DNA from: Eledone cirrhosa
Taxonomy: Eukaryota
Direction: 5' to 3'
Length of the DNA stretch: 64,000 nucleotides
Assembly (NCBI GenBank): GCA_964016885.1
Contig: OZ024742.1
Coordinates: 217,930,001-217,994,000 of the forward strand
The notes under the pieces were generated by a model, which saw only the letters and a list, made by a program, of their open reading frames with translations, did no database searches and was not told the DNA's origin. Position 1 is the first letter of the stretch. Each line of letters begins with the position of its first letter. The translations under genes and the position numbers were made by a program. Positions 1 to 11,885 of this stretch are shown piece after piece.

Positions 1-355
1 ACGTAAACACCCTAATCAATAGTAGGGCTTCTAGAATCGATACTGATTTTAGTGATCTTCATAAAACTAGGTATACAACTAACATTTGTGCTGGTGGTGA
101 TCATAACATGGGTATATTCAATAATAATAGTCGACCTTTAGTGACTAAATGAAATTGTAGAATTCCTAATAATTGCCCATTTGGAGGTAAATGTCTTAAA
201 ATTAATGTTATTTATAGATGTGAGATTTCAACTAATTGTTTTAATTATATAGGTAAGCAACACATCGTAGAAGAAGAAGAAGAAGAAGAAGAAGAAGAAG
301 GATGAGGAGGGGGAGAAAGGAATGAGGAGGAGGCGGAGAAGAATAATTGGCCCTC

Positions 356-452
356 AGCATTTTACTGGTATTTTATTTATCGACAGCGAAATGATTAAAG
401 GTAAATTTTACCTCGGCCGGATTTGAGCTCAGCCTGAATCGAGCCGGAACAA
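356..452 (-). mobile_element. Nin-type tRNA SINE fragment (degenerate)
   Basis: The reverse complement matches the recurrent body gagttcaaatccyrccgagg...tttcatc...gtcgataaataaaataccagt also seen at 26930, 39997 and 63199. Confidence 0.7.
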
Positions 453-504
453 ACATTTGTCTGCATACAAATTATTGTTAGAATAAAAAATAAAAAATAA
501 ATTT

Positions 505-720
505 GTCGATTGACTTTCGTCAAATCGGACCGAGGAAACAATGTTTCCGTTGGTTTTTCCAATTGCTAATACTATCTATCAGTCGCAACTCCAGGTTGAA
601 GGAGCAACGTGAAACAAAGTGTCTTGCTCAAGGACATAACGCATCGCCCGGTCCAGGAATCGAATTAACAGCCTCACAATTGCAAATCCAGTTCTCTAAC
701 AAATCAGCCACGCGCCTTCA
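505..720 (-). mobile_element. CORE-type tRNA SINE
   Basis: The reverse complement has a tRNA-like head with A/B boxes and the CORE-like motif tgtccttgagcaagacactt. It is collinear with the copy at 59779-59997. Confidence 0.8.
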
Positions 721-825
721 TTGTTAGAATAATAGATTAATATAATTCAACATTAGAAGTACATAATTCAGTGTCCCGAAATATTGGATACTTTGTTTTA
801 GTTTATGAATAATAGAAATATATAA

Positions 826-1040
826 ACGCAGGCATAGCTGTATTGTTAAGATGTTCGCCCCGCAGCCATGTGATTGTGGGCTTAGAACCTCTGTGCGGCA
901 ACATGGGCAATTGTCTTTTGCAGCCTAAGGTTCGCCAATGCATTGTGAGTGGAATTTAGTAAACGGAAAATGCAGAAATCCAATCTGTGTGTGTGTGTGT
1001 GTGTGCGTGTGTGTGTGTGCGTGCGTGCGTGTGTGTGTGT
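826..1040 (+). mobile_element. tRNA-derived SINE with (TG)n tail
   Basis: Degenerate A/B boxes and a gggcaa(g)tgtctt motif, followed by (TG)n. Similar copies lie near 13725 and 48843. Confidence 0.6.
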
Positions 1041-1136
1041 GAATGAGTGTCTCTATATGAAAATTGATTGTCATTCACAATTTGACTGACTTTATCGACG
1101 TCAACTTTGCCATTCATCATCTTGTTATTATTCTCT

Positions 1137-1184
<48 letters not shown>

Positions 1185-1429
1185 TTCCCTTCTCTTTATT
1201 TTCTCTTTATTTTTCCCCGCCCCAATAACTTCCAAAGTTATTGACTCAGTGGGGATAGACGTATTGTCTTTAATGCGTTGAAACGTCCAAGACCCCCCCC
1301 CCCCAGTAGACAACTGAAGAGGGGACCGGTCCCTTGTTTGTGCTTTCCTTTTATTTCTAAATACACTTTATCAATAACCTCACAGCACATTGTTCCTTCT
1401 ATATAAAAAAAAAAATATATATATATATG

Positions 1430-1745
1430 GAGGCACATGGCTTAGTGGTTAGAGCATTGGCCTTGCAATCGAAAGGTTGTGAGTTCAATTCTCAGACCGG
1501 GTGATGTGTTGTTTCCTTGAGCAAGACACTTTATTTCACATTGCTCCAGTTTACTCAGCTGTAGAAATGAGATGATAGGGACTGGGGTCCCTATCATTCC
1601 ACTGCAAAGTGGTCGTGGAGGTGCCACGGCAAAAAAACACCCAGCACTCACTGTAAATGTGGTTGGTGTTAGGAAGGGCATCCAGCTGTAGAAATCAAGC
1701 CAGAATCAGTTTCCGTCCCACCCTTGCAAGCAGAGAAAAAGCGGA
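1430..1745 (+). mobile_element. CORE-type tRNA SINE
   Basis: A box tggcttagtgg, B box gagttcaattc, and CORE-like ccttgagcaagacactttatttcac. Confidence 0.8.
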
Positions 1746-1754
1746 CGTAAAATG

Positions 1755-1793
<39 letters not shown>

Positions 1794-2050
1794 TATAAAG
1801 CAGTAATTTCTTCTCTCCCCTCTCTTCATCGCATAGAAGATTAAAATGGACTGAGTAACCAATGAAAATTAAGATAGATATATAGATATATATGTATACG
1901 CACATATATTCTGAATTTATTTTCTGAATTATTGTGAAAGCGTTGGAATTTGTGTTATCTCTTGTATTCTTATTAGTTCCTTGCAAGAAAACGAATTGCA
2001 GCTACTCTTCAAACAGTCTTCCTAATAAGTTTGCTATCAGAATTGAGAAA

Positions 2051-3516
2051 ATGATACCAAGGATATTTTATTTGCTTTTGCTAATGGCATTGACGGTGAA
2101 GAGTGAAAATAATGTATTTAATCATGATATAAAAGATATTTTGTTGCATTATGGTACTTCAACAAGTAAAAATTCAACCTCGTGGTTTTTTGCACAAATG
2201 ATAAACATCCTAAACTGTGGATCATTACCAAAAGTAAAAAACAGTCGAATACAATACGTTATGAAATGGAACGAAGAAAAGATATATTTGGAACAAAAGT
2301 GTAACCGCTTTTTTGAAGCACGACCGATGTTGTTTGTTTGAATGGTAAATGGATATATGACGATAAAGTATGTAAGTTAATAACCTGTCCAACTTTTCAT
2401 AAGCCTGCTCATAGTTACATGACTGATGTTACATACACATATAACTCTGTTATCTACTTTTCCTGCCTTTCTAGTTATTTTTTACGGGGAAACAGTTCAA
2501 TACGCTGCGAAGAAACGAAACAATGGTCATCTCCAGCACCAGTTTGTGAAACTGTTACATGTCTTCCACCACACGTGCTAAATCATGGCAATGTATCCAA
2601 TACAAAGAAAATTGCATTTAATTCAACAATTTCTTTCAGTTGCTCGGAACCATATGCTTTGAAAGGTGAATCTGTATTAACATGTCTTGAAGACGGTAGA
2701 TGGAACTTTCCAGCACCGGTATGCAATATTAAGTGTCATGTACCTGAAATTCCTGGTAGAGTCATCGATATTTCTCAAGATACAATTTTGAAACCAAGAA
2801 CATTAGTTGATAATGGAAGGAATGTATTATATTCTTGTAATCGGTCTTTTATACCAGTATCATTTGGAATCGTTCGGTGTATGTTAGGGAGGTGGTTTCC
2901 ACCTATACAGTGCAGAGTTGCAAGTAAAATTGAGAAGCTAAATGGATTAGATTATAATTTATCACGTAATTTTTCAGTTATTGAATATAGCTGTTCATCA
3001 GGAAAAAGGTTGTTGGGGGACTCTAAAAGAACCTGTCTAGAAAATGGAACCTGGAGTGGAAAACTTCCAGTCTGTGTAAAATACTGCCAACTTTTACCCA
3101 GTGTTGACATTTTTAGTTACCGAAATTCAGACAATTTACAAGATCTTCCATTTGGCAGCATGGTTCTAGAAAACACCAATATTACATATTTATGTCAAAA
3201 ACCATACTTGAAGTCTAGCAAATTATCGACGTGCCGCAATGGCGTATTAACCCCCAAACCACGATGTATTTACCAAAATATTAAGCTGGATAGAAACAGA
3301 AATCTTCTATTCTTGTATGAGTCATCATATCGTTATATTTGTTCCGACAAATATTCTTGCTCAACATTTGGTTACAGCGATTATTCTTGTAAAAGAATGG
3401 ATTGTAGGAGGAATGCTTGTGTCACATTGGATTTTAACAGTGACAAGTCAAAAATATCTGCACGTGAATTCACGAGTGCGTCTTTCAATACTTGTTGTGC
3501 TTTGACTTGTTATTAG
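2051..3516 (+). CDS. Secreted multi-Sushi (CCP/SCR) domain protein, single coding exon, one frameshift near 2316-2318 (about 488 aa if repaired)
   Basis: The ATG at 2051 starts a signal-peptide-like MIPRIFYLLLLMALTVKS. Adding 1 nt at gaagc joins the two track ORFs into ...KCNRFFESTTDVVCLNGKWIYDDKVC, a complete CCP module. Five more C-P...Y/F-x-C...C...W..P.C modules follow, one of them lacking its first Cys. The tail is Cys-rich and there is no transmembrane segment. Confidence 0.85.
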
Positions 3517-3665
3517 GACTAATATAAAATAAGTCTATGTTTGAAGTTGGCTCAAATCTCGCTGTGGTCAACGTTGCAGCTCATCATTTCGTGGTGGATT
3601 AATAAAACACCATCCAATACAGGGTTTGATTCTTCTTATATCTCGTTTTATTATTTCCTGTCACT

Positions 3666-3695
3666 CTTCGGCCCTTGTGGCCAATAAATGAAATC
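3666..3695 (+). mobile_element. 30-bp extreme 3' end of an L1/Tx1-like LINE with 16-bp TSD
   Basis: attatttcctgtcact occurs at 3650-3665 and 3696-3711. The insert cccttgtggccaataaatgaaa resembles the Tx1 3' ends at 35538-35560 and 15944-15968. Confidence 0.7.
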
Positions 3696-4275
3696 ATTAT
3701 TTCCTGTCACTTTCTCTCCTTCTCTGGAAAAATGAGCTGCGCCAGATTTAAAAGACCCAAGACACCACAGGTGACAGGGCAGGGTTTTCTCCATCAGGAG
3801 CTAAATACATTTTCCTGCTTAATTTGAAGCTTTGTTCTTCACACACAAACTTATAATAACGTACATGTGTCTAACATTAAATGAAACACACTCTCACTTT
3901 ACCTTCAACCTTAGGACGATGGAAGAGACACATCAGGAGATTTTAAAGATTTTTAATGACATTACTAATTGGAAATATAATTGTGGAATTAAAACAATTT
4001 TCAGTCTTCAAAATAATTGTGTTTTGTTTTATTCTTTTATTGCTCCTGTTTTGTTTTTGATTACGTTTTTGTAATTTAATACAAGATTTACATAACACGG
4101 TTTATCAAACCATTAATGGGTTGAATTGGAATATATATAATGCTTCTATTATTGAATAGACGTTGGGTTTATTATTTGTTTCAACTATTTTGCCCGGAGT
4201 GTTTTTCAAAATTGCAACGAAAAAAAAAAAAAAAAAAGAGTGAAAGTTACAAAATAAACTGAAAATAACTGCTAT

Positions 4276-4834
4276 TCTCTTCTAGGGCGGGTAAAATTCT
4301 CGAGATCCATGGACGAGTTCTCTCCAACGGTCTCTGTCCCTCATCATCGCTGCCATGTCCTGCGTCTCCAACAGACGTTAACCTTGGTTTTCCTCTCCCA
4401 GTGTGTCCATATTGGGGCTCCCACAGGAGCACTGAGTGCAATATCAACACTGGATGTCGGTGAGCATGTCCAGCTAACCTCAGTCTCCTCTGTGTCACAT
4501 TTGAGCTGACTGTTGGGAGGCTCCATACAGCTCTGAGTTTTTCATCCTCAGTGTATACTGATTAATGTTCAGAGCCATCCTCAGCATTCTCGTGTAGCAC
4601 CCATCCACCATCTGAGGGAGTTTCCTGGTCAGTGTCCAAGTCTCAAACCCGTACAGCAGCACAGACTCCACTACAGCAATGAAGAGGCGGTTTTCATTGA
4701 CTTTAGGAAGGCCTTTGATTCTGTGGACCGTCACTGCCTGATAAAGATCTTACAGGCTTATGGAATCCCCAAGAAGATAGTGGACCTGATATCACTGCTC
4801 TACACCAACACCAAAGCCCAAGTCATTACACCTG
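4276..4834 (-). mobile_element. RTE-like LINE insertion, 5'-truncated and 5'-inverted, with 11-bp TSD
   Basis: The minus strand (4276-4690) encodes RLFIAVVESVLLYGFETWTL...RLAGHAHRH...RGKP. The plus strand (4690-4834) encodes the RT segment VFIDFRKAFDSVDR...ITPD. ataactgctat occurs at 4265-4275 and 4835-4845. Confidence 0.9.
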
Positions 4835-4940
4835 ATAACTGCTATATAATCACATTAATATATATATATATATGAACGCATGAAGATAGCCGTGAAAGCA
4901 GCTTAGGGAATCATATAAAAATACCCATATTGACGGCAAA

Positions 4941-5015
4941 ATTGGCCAACAATAGAACTTTGCACCTCTTGATTTGCGACTGAGAGCTCCGTACCATTGA
5001 GCTAAACGATTACTA
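4941..5015 (-). mobile_element. tRNA-like (SINE head) fragment
   Basis: The reverse complement has an A box (tagctcaatgg) and a degenerate B box. There is no intact cloverleaf. Confidence 0.4.
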
Positions 5016-5257
5016 ACCAAAGATACTGTCTTTTATAACGTTAACCTTTGTCATGCTTCTATCACTGCTCCATACATTCAGATCAGTTAGGGAAGAACGC
5101 ATCAATCGTTATGTTTTACACTTCAAAAGAGAGTATTAACCCTGAAATTAAATTATACTGGGTAAAAAATACTACTAAGATTTGTTTTTATTTATTAGCA
5201 TTTGTCTTTTACATATTTCTCCCGCATTTTAGCGGCTTTCTGAAATCCCATCCAATC

Positions 5258-5259
<2 letters not shown>

Positions 5260-5353
<94 letters not shown>

Positions 5354-5376
5354 TATATGTATATATATATATATTA

Positions 5377-5448
<72 letters not shown>

Positions 5449-5523
5449 GTATATATATATATTATATATGTATATATATATATTATATATGTATATATAT
5501 ATATTATATATGTATATATATAT

Positions 5524-5579
<56 letters not shown>

Positions 5580-5968
5580 GGTATATATATATATATGTAT
5601 ATATGTATATATATATATTATATATATATTATATATATAGGTATATATATGTATATATATATAGGTATATATATGTATATATATATATTATATATATATG
5701 TATATATATATATTATATATATATGTATATATATATATTATATATATATGTATATATATATATTATATATATATGTATATATATATATTATATATATATG
5801 TATATATATATATTATATATATATGTATATATATATTATATATATATTATATATATATGTATATATATATTATATATATATGTATATATATATTATATAT
5901 ATATGTATATATATATTATATATATATGTATATATATATTATATATATATGTATATATATATTATATA

Positions 5969-6011
<43 letters not shown>

Positions 6012-6054
6012 TATATATTATATATGTATATATATATTATATATATATAATATA
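5260..6054. repeat. (TA)n-based microsatellite/minisatellite
   Basis: About 800 bp of TA repeats with periodic G and TT interruptions. Confidence 0.95.
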
Positions 6055-6385
6055 AGATCAAAAGATGGTTAAAAGAGTTCCATCTATTTTATTATGCGCA
6101 TTTCAAAAACAAATATCATCATGGGCTGATATTTGCGTTCTCATCAGATAAAATAGGGAGACATTATATGAAGCTTAAAAAACACTTGCGAGCAGTGAAG
6201 TGTTAAATCAACATATGAAAAATAAAATAAGATGGATATATGTGATTGGGAAAAAAAAGAAGGAAGGGGGAAGGAAAAGGTAAGGAAGAGGAAGAAAGAA
6301 AATAATAATTAAAAAAATAATAATAACGAAAGGATGACGGAGGAGGAGTATAAGAAGGAAGGATGAGAGAGGAGGAGAAATGAGT

Positions 6386-6448
<63 letters not shown>

Positions 6449-8900
6449 TTTGATACTGAGAAACGCTGTCTCACAGAGAGAAATAAAAAAAAAACCGTTG
6501 TAAGATAATATATAATTTTAAAAAATTTTTGAAATTCAAAGTTAATGAGGTTTATGAATGGTGATGTTTATGATTAAAGAAAAGGAATTAAGAATAGTAT
6601 TTATTGAAGGGTTTAATAATATGTGCGAAAAGGAATTTATTAAACTGTATTATTAAAATAAAAAATATTAAGGAGATAAGGTGAATGAAGATAAAGTTAA
6701 ATGAATTATGAACTTAGAAGAATTAGTTAGGGTCAAAGTTTGTTTCTATGTATTGTAATAGGAAAAAGTAAATAATAGGTTTAATACGAGCATGGAAGGA
6801 GAGAAGAAAGAAAATTCAAGGAAGAAAAAATATATAACGTCAAAAAATACATATTTACAAAATTTACTGGTAATATTAGTATATATTAAAAATAAAATTT
6901 GTATGGCCAAGAATATAAGGAAAATGCTATAGTGAGTTATAATATGAATTAAGAAGTAATTGAGAAGTAAAAGTTGCAGATTAAAGATTAGAAATTAAAA
7001 AAAGATAAAAGGATAAAAAAGAAGAAAAATAGGGGACCGCTAACGACATAGAATGAGTAAATTGTATAATATACTGAAATACGGTAGAAAGATGGGTATA
7101 TTTGTAAAAGATATAAAAGCGTTTGAGAGAAGAAGATTTTAAACTAATTAGGTAGTAGGATATTAGCTGTATACTTTATGGAAAGTTCTATGGGATTTAT
7201 GCAAGCAGAGCGAAAATAAATCCGTACGTCTATTTATTATAGAATTAAAATTAGAGATAATGGTAAATTTCTCGGCTAGGCAGAGATTACATGTTCTGGA
7301 TAGGGAAGAATTTCGGTAGGGAGAGGCGTTGCAAACCTTCCCCCAAGAAATGTTGTAGTTAATATTTTTGTCCTTTAAGGACCATATGAGTTCTGAGAGT
7401 GCTGTGTTAGTTCTTTTAAGTTGTATTTAAAAGACGAATTGTGATTATAAAATCTTGCTTTAAAGGAAGTGGAAGTGGAACCAAAATAGGTAAAAGAATT
7501 AGTACCAGTTATAACCTTACATTCATACACTAAATTTTTATCAAGACATTGGTTACTAAGAGGACATTTAGTTCTAACAGGGCAATTACAATTGCGATTA
7601 GAGAAATTACCAGAGTTATTAACAAGTGACCTAGTATTATTTATAGAAGGAATTGGATTGGAGAAGTTATTTACGATAGGTGCTAAAGTTTCCTGATTTA
7701 GATTGGTGTTATGAACATTCAACAAAGTTACGTTTGACGTCGTATTTAAATTTACGGAATCTAGCCTAGAGTTAACATTGACGTCGGGTTTACTATTGCT
7801 AATATTATGACGCTTAGTGTTGGATGGATATAATTTATTATTTAATATTTTATTATTATGTTTAGAGATAATGTTAGAGATGTTGGAAGTGGTGGAATAA
7901 GAGAATTTAATTGTATGTTTGTTAAAGATCTTACTATAGAAATACGAGGGAGGGAAGTATTTATCTAAGGCCCCCAAAAATAGTTTAGGAATATTACTAG
8001 CAATAGATAGAGAAAAAGGAGCGTTGTACCAAATCATATTTTTGTATCTAGGTCTTTTCTTTAAGTTATTGGAATGTTCATAACTAACTATTTTACTATA
8101 ACTCCCTCGATGATTGGTTTCTTTACTGTATTTAATTTTGTCAGGATAACCGGCTTTGGAAAGCGCATTATTATAATAATTGGCTTTAGCGTCGAAGATA
8201 ACTTTATTAGAGGATAGATTTGAGATTCTTTTTTTCAACATTACTGACTATAGCATTTTTAACGTTAATGGGATGGTTAGATTTAAAATTAACATAATTT
8301 AGATTCTCATTGTCTTTATAGTAAGGGTAATATAGGCCGGTGTCAAGATTAAGGGATATATCCAGGAAGTTAGCTAGTTTGACGTTGTTTTCAAATTCAA
8401 TTTTTAGGTTATGGTGCTTAAATAGATCAAGTATATTATTCTTAATAATATTAAGGTTAACTAAGTTACAGTTTAAGACAGTAAAAAGGGCATCGTCAGG
8501 ATAAATTCCACCGCGAAGTTGAGGAATTTTCTGATTTAAAGAATTCAAAATAAAGATACCAATCAAGTCCGTCAATTGCGCTGAATCCGACGAACCCATA
8601 GTGATATCAAAATTGTTGGAAGTATCAGCTCTAGTCCAATATTCGTTGTTGAATTCCAGGATAGTTTTTCTTGCGGTGAGAATGATGTAAAGTTCATCTG
8701 TGGTAATGTCAGAATATTTAAATGTGAAATATAGAGCGTTGTTGAGGAGTGAAGGCGAAATAGAAGAATAGTAACTGGCAATGTCAAACTGAATACATTT
8801 TTGTTTGTTTTTATTATTCAGGTCATTGAACCAATTAATTACGTCAGATGTACCAATCCATAAATTTAAGTTAGAAATTGACGGACTTGATTGGTATCTT
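6055..8900 (-). mobile_element. Penelope-like element (RT + GIY-YIG), 5'-truncated and frameshifted
   Basis: RT motifs DIASYYSSI, MGSSDSAQLTDLIG and YPDD. Zn-linker CNCPVRTKCPLSNQC. GIY-YIG LVYECKV...YFGST..FKARFYNH. C-terminal CNLCLAEK...INRRTD...CLH ends near 7163. A hammerhead lies downstream in the same orientation. Confidence 0.9.
6084..6156 (-). ncRNA. Minimal type I hammerhead ribozyme motif (PLE pseudo-LTR)
   Basis: Minus strand reads ctattttat-CTGATGA-[gaacgcaaatatca...tgatatttgttttt]-GAAA-tgcgca-TA-ataaaatag. Stem I is a perfect 9 bp and helix III is palindromic. Confidence 0.85.
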
Positions 8901-8910
8901 TATTTTGAAT

Positions 8911-8988
8911 TCGAGGGACTTATAGTAAAATAGTTAGTTATGAACATTCCAATAACTTAAAGAAAAGACCTAGATACAAAAATATGAT
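8911..8988 (+). repeat. Inverted copy of an internal PLE segment (8033-8110)
   Basis: tcgagggacttatagtaaaatagttag...aaaaatatgat is the reverse complement of 8033-8110 with one mismatch. Confidence 0.9.
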
Positions 8989-9061
8989 GGTGTAGGATGC
9001 TTAAGGCGTCCGTATGCGGTATGCCGTTTGAGCACTCGATGCTCTTACAAAGCAGAGTATA

Positions 9062-9226
9062 ATATCACATAAGAAACGGAGAATCAGTGGTGCGGCGAAT
9101 TAAAATTTATTAGGCATATTAAAATCGTTTCTCTGGCGACCAGCTCGAGGCACGATCGCCAAAGAAACGATTGTAATATGTCTAATAAATTTTAATTCGT
9201 CGCACCACTGATTCTCCGTTTCTTAT

Positions 9227-9233
<7 letters not shown>
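9062..9233. repeat. Fold-back inverted repeat (about 78-bp arms)
   Basis: atatcacataagaaacggagaatcagtggtgcg... mirrors ...cgcaccactgattctccgtttcttatgtgatat with few mismatches, and abuts (TA)n. Confidence 0.9.
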
Positions 9234-9297
<64 letters not shown>

Positions 9298-9879
9298 TCA
9301 CACACACACATATACATATATATTTGTACATATGTGTATATGAGCGTATGTATTTGTATGTGATAATGCATATTTTTATGTATAAGTGGGTTTATATCTC
9401 TATATATACGTGTATATATTTATGTGTGCGTGTATGTATGCAATTTATGTACATATAAGTGGGTGTATATCTATATATACGTTTATATATTTAATTGTGT
9501 GTATGTAGAGATGAATATATGTGTGCATGAATATATGTGTGCATTTATATGTGTGCATCAATATATGTGTGCATTTATATGTGTATATATATGTTCATGT
9601 TTGTATATATCTATATTTATATATATGTGTGCGTGTGTATTTACGTATACGTTTATGCTTTTATTTTTACCTTCTTATCCTTATAATATTTTTTATCAAT
9701 TTTTATCAAGTTTATATTTTTTTCGTCCTATATTTATCATATAAAATTAAAAAAAAAATTAGTTTCTATAGTAATGTAAGGTGGTTTGACGTATTTCTGT
9801 AGTTGAACAACATCTCTTTTCTATACATATTGGTGTCATTTCCAATTTCTATAGCAGACATGCTAAAACCCTCATCTCT

Positions 9880-10445
9880 TTCCTCTTGAGTTGCCTTCGC
9901 CACAAACGGTGGAAAGACAAAGTTCCAGACTCGGAGGTCCTGAAACGGGCTCACACCCAGTGGCCACACCAACCTGTAGAAGGCCTAAGTCAGATAGACT
10001 GGTATGTTGCCAGATTGTCTGACAGCAGACGACCAAAACAGTTAGCGTATGGAGGGCTGAGTCGCCCCCCCCCCCAAAAAAAAACGTTTTAAAGACAATT
10101 TAAAAGTGTCCCTCAAAAATCTCAACATCAAATCCCAATAGTTGATAATCCCATGCCCTGGATCACTCAACATGGTGAAGTAAAAACCAGACGCATCGCA
10201 GAGGCTCAGAGAAAACGCTTCTCGTGCAAGGTACAAGCTATATTTACTTCCGCTGCAGTACTTACCCACATGTGTTCTATATGTAAGCGTGATATCCAGA
10301 CTCGGACGGGCCTCACCATTTACTTCCAGATCCACAGCCAAAGATCCTTCACTCAAAAGTAAAGTCGTAGTTGTTTTCGACACCGATGGACAAACAACAG
10401 CCGCAGCAGCAGCAGAAGTAGCAACAACAACAACAACAACAGCAC
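9880..10445 (+). mobile_element. RTE-like LINE 3' fragment with (CAA/CAG)n tail
   Basis: Encodes RWKDKVPDSEVLKRA, RLSDSRRPKQLAYG, KRFKDNLK and CSICKRD...GL..H. Confidence 0.8.
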
Positions 10446-11024
10446 ACACGCGCGCGCACACACACACACACAGAACGAGTATTATAGTAATGACAAAGGC
10501 AACGCCAATCTTTATCTCTTATCTACTTGAAAGTGTTCATAACGATGTTTTATAAGTGGACAGCTATAAGACAGCTGTTGATATTTTCTTCGTTGTCACA
10601 CCTCATTTTGACAGCTTTTAACAACAGAATAACAGTAATAACAACAATAAGAACAAAAAAATAAATATTCTCTTGTAATATTTTTTAATTTATATCCAAT
10701 ATATTTGATGTCTCCTTGTTCAATTAATTATAATTGGATAAACGTTAATTCTTTAATGTATCCAGGGAGTACAAATTTTCCCATGGGAGAGTAATGGATA
10801 TGAGAGGGGGGGGGGGGGCATTGTCTTTTGTGTCTAAATCTTGAGCAAGAGATGTTAAATACTTTTCTTAATTATTAATTAGTCTGGAGGGGAGATGGCA
10901 ATGCCTCACAGCTTTTAATTTTCTTTCATTTTTTTTTTTTACTCTTCATTAATTTTGTGTAAGGATTGGCCGTGTTGAACTTGTAACAATCAGTGTTTTC
11001 TCATTAAAATACTTCAGTTATAAG

Positions 11025-11155
11025 GCAGTCGAGTGGAAAAACACCGGAGAAAATACGTCGCGATAGTTGTTCCGACTCTCTGCGCCCCGAGTTCAAATCC
11101 CACTGAGGTTCACTTTTGTATTTCAACATTTATAGGGCTGATAAACAAAATTCTA
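11025..11155 (+). mobile_element. Nin-type SINE (degenerate)
   Basis: Contains gagttcaaatcccactgaggttcacttt...gctgataaa. Confidence 0.55.
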
Positions 11156-11449
11156 ACCTGATGCACCTCTCGCTCTCTCCAGTTTTCACATTCTGGTTAT
11201 TCTACGGAATCAAAGGTGGGAGGGTCGAGCGGACCTGTGTGTCTGCTAGTGATTACAAAGACATCTAAAACCATTAGCAAAAGCATGGTAAACGCTAATA
11301 CCAAGTAATTCTCCATTATATGTGAATCACAGTTTAGTTCTATTATATTTGAACCTTTAGTAAAAAAAATATCATGGAATAAAATTTTTTTGTTTGTTGA
11401 AAGTTTGCGATGGCTGTAAAACAACAAACTAAATATCTTACAGCATTTA

Positions 11450-11885
11450 TTTGTTGTTGTTTAGTCCCAGTTTGGCCCCGGGCGAAAAAATATTTGTCTT
11501 AAAGCATTTAACCCATTACGCTCTAGTCTTTTTCGAAGCTTGCTTGGGTGGTGAACTTCATCCGTCGGCCAGTTTAACACCACCGCCAGACTCATGAGTG
11601 CCTTTAACGGAATCTACACTGTTGTAGGCATTCGGGCCAGGTATGCGGTTGAAAGATACTTCCCCGTAGCTAGATCGATCCTTGTCTCTCAACAATCACC
11701 GAGGCCATCAAAAGGTTCAGAAGCAATGTTCTTCTCTTTTTGACAAAACAGTAAAAAATAACAACAATTCAGAACTACATTATCCAATGTATCCTTTTTA
11801 AAAGATAGAGCTTTATATGAGGGAGAATTTGACTGCTGTCTTTACCAGATTAAGCCATCACACAGAGACTTTGTAATGGGTTCAT
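11450..11885 (+). repeat. Interspersed repeat family (ttgttgtttagccc...atttggctgctatttc), split by an internal segment
   Basis: Related copies lie at about 13210-13450, 16450-16620, 27400-27530 (minus) and 29420-29590. Confidence 0.5.

Noticed and set aside
5357-6072. Long YI/IY, CV, TH and LS ORFs here and throughout the track
   Set aside because: They are translations of (TA)n, (TG)n, (CA)n and (CT)n microsatellites that lack stops by composition.
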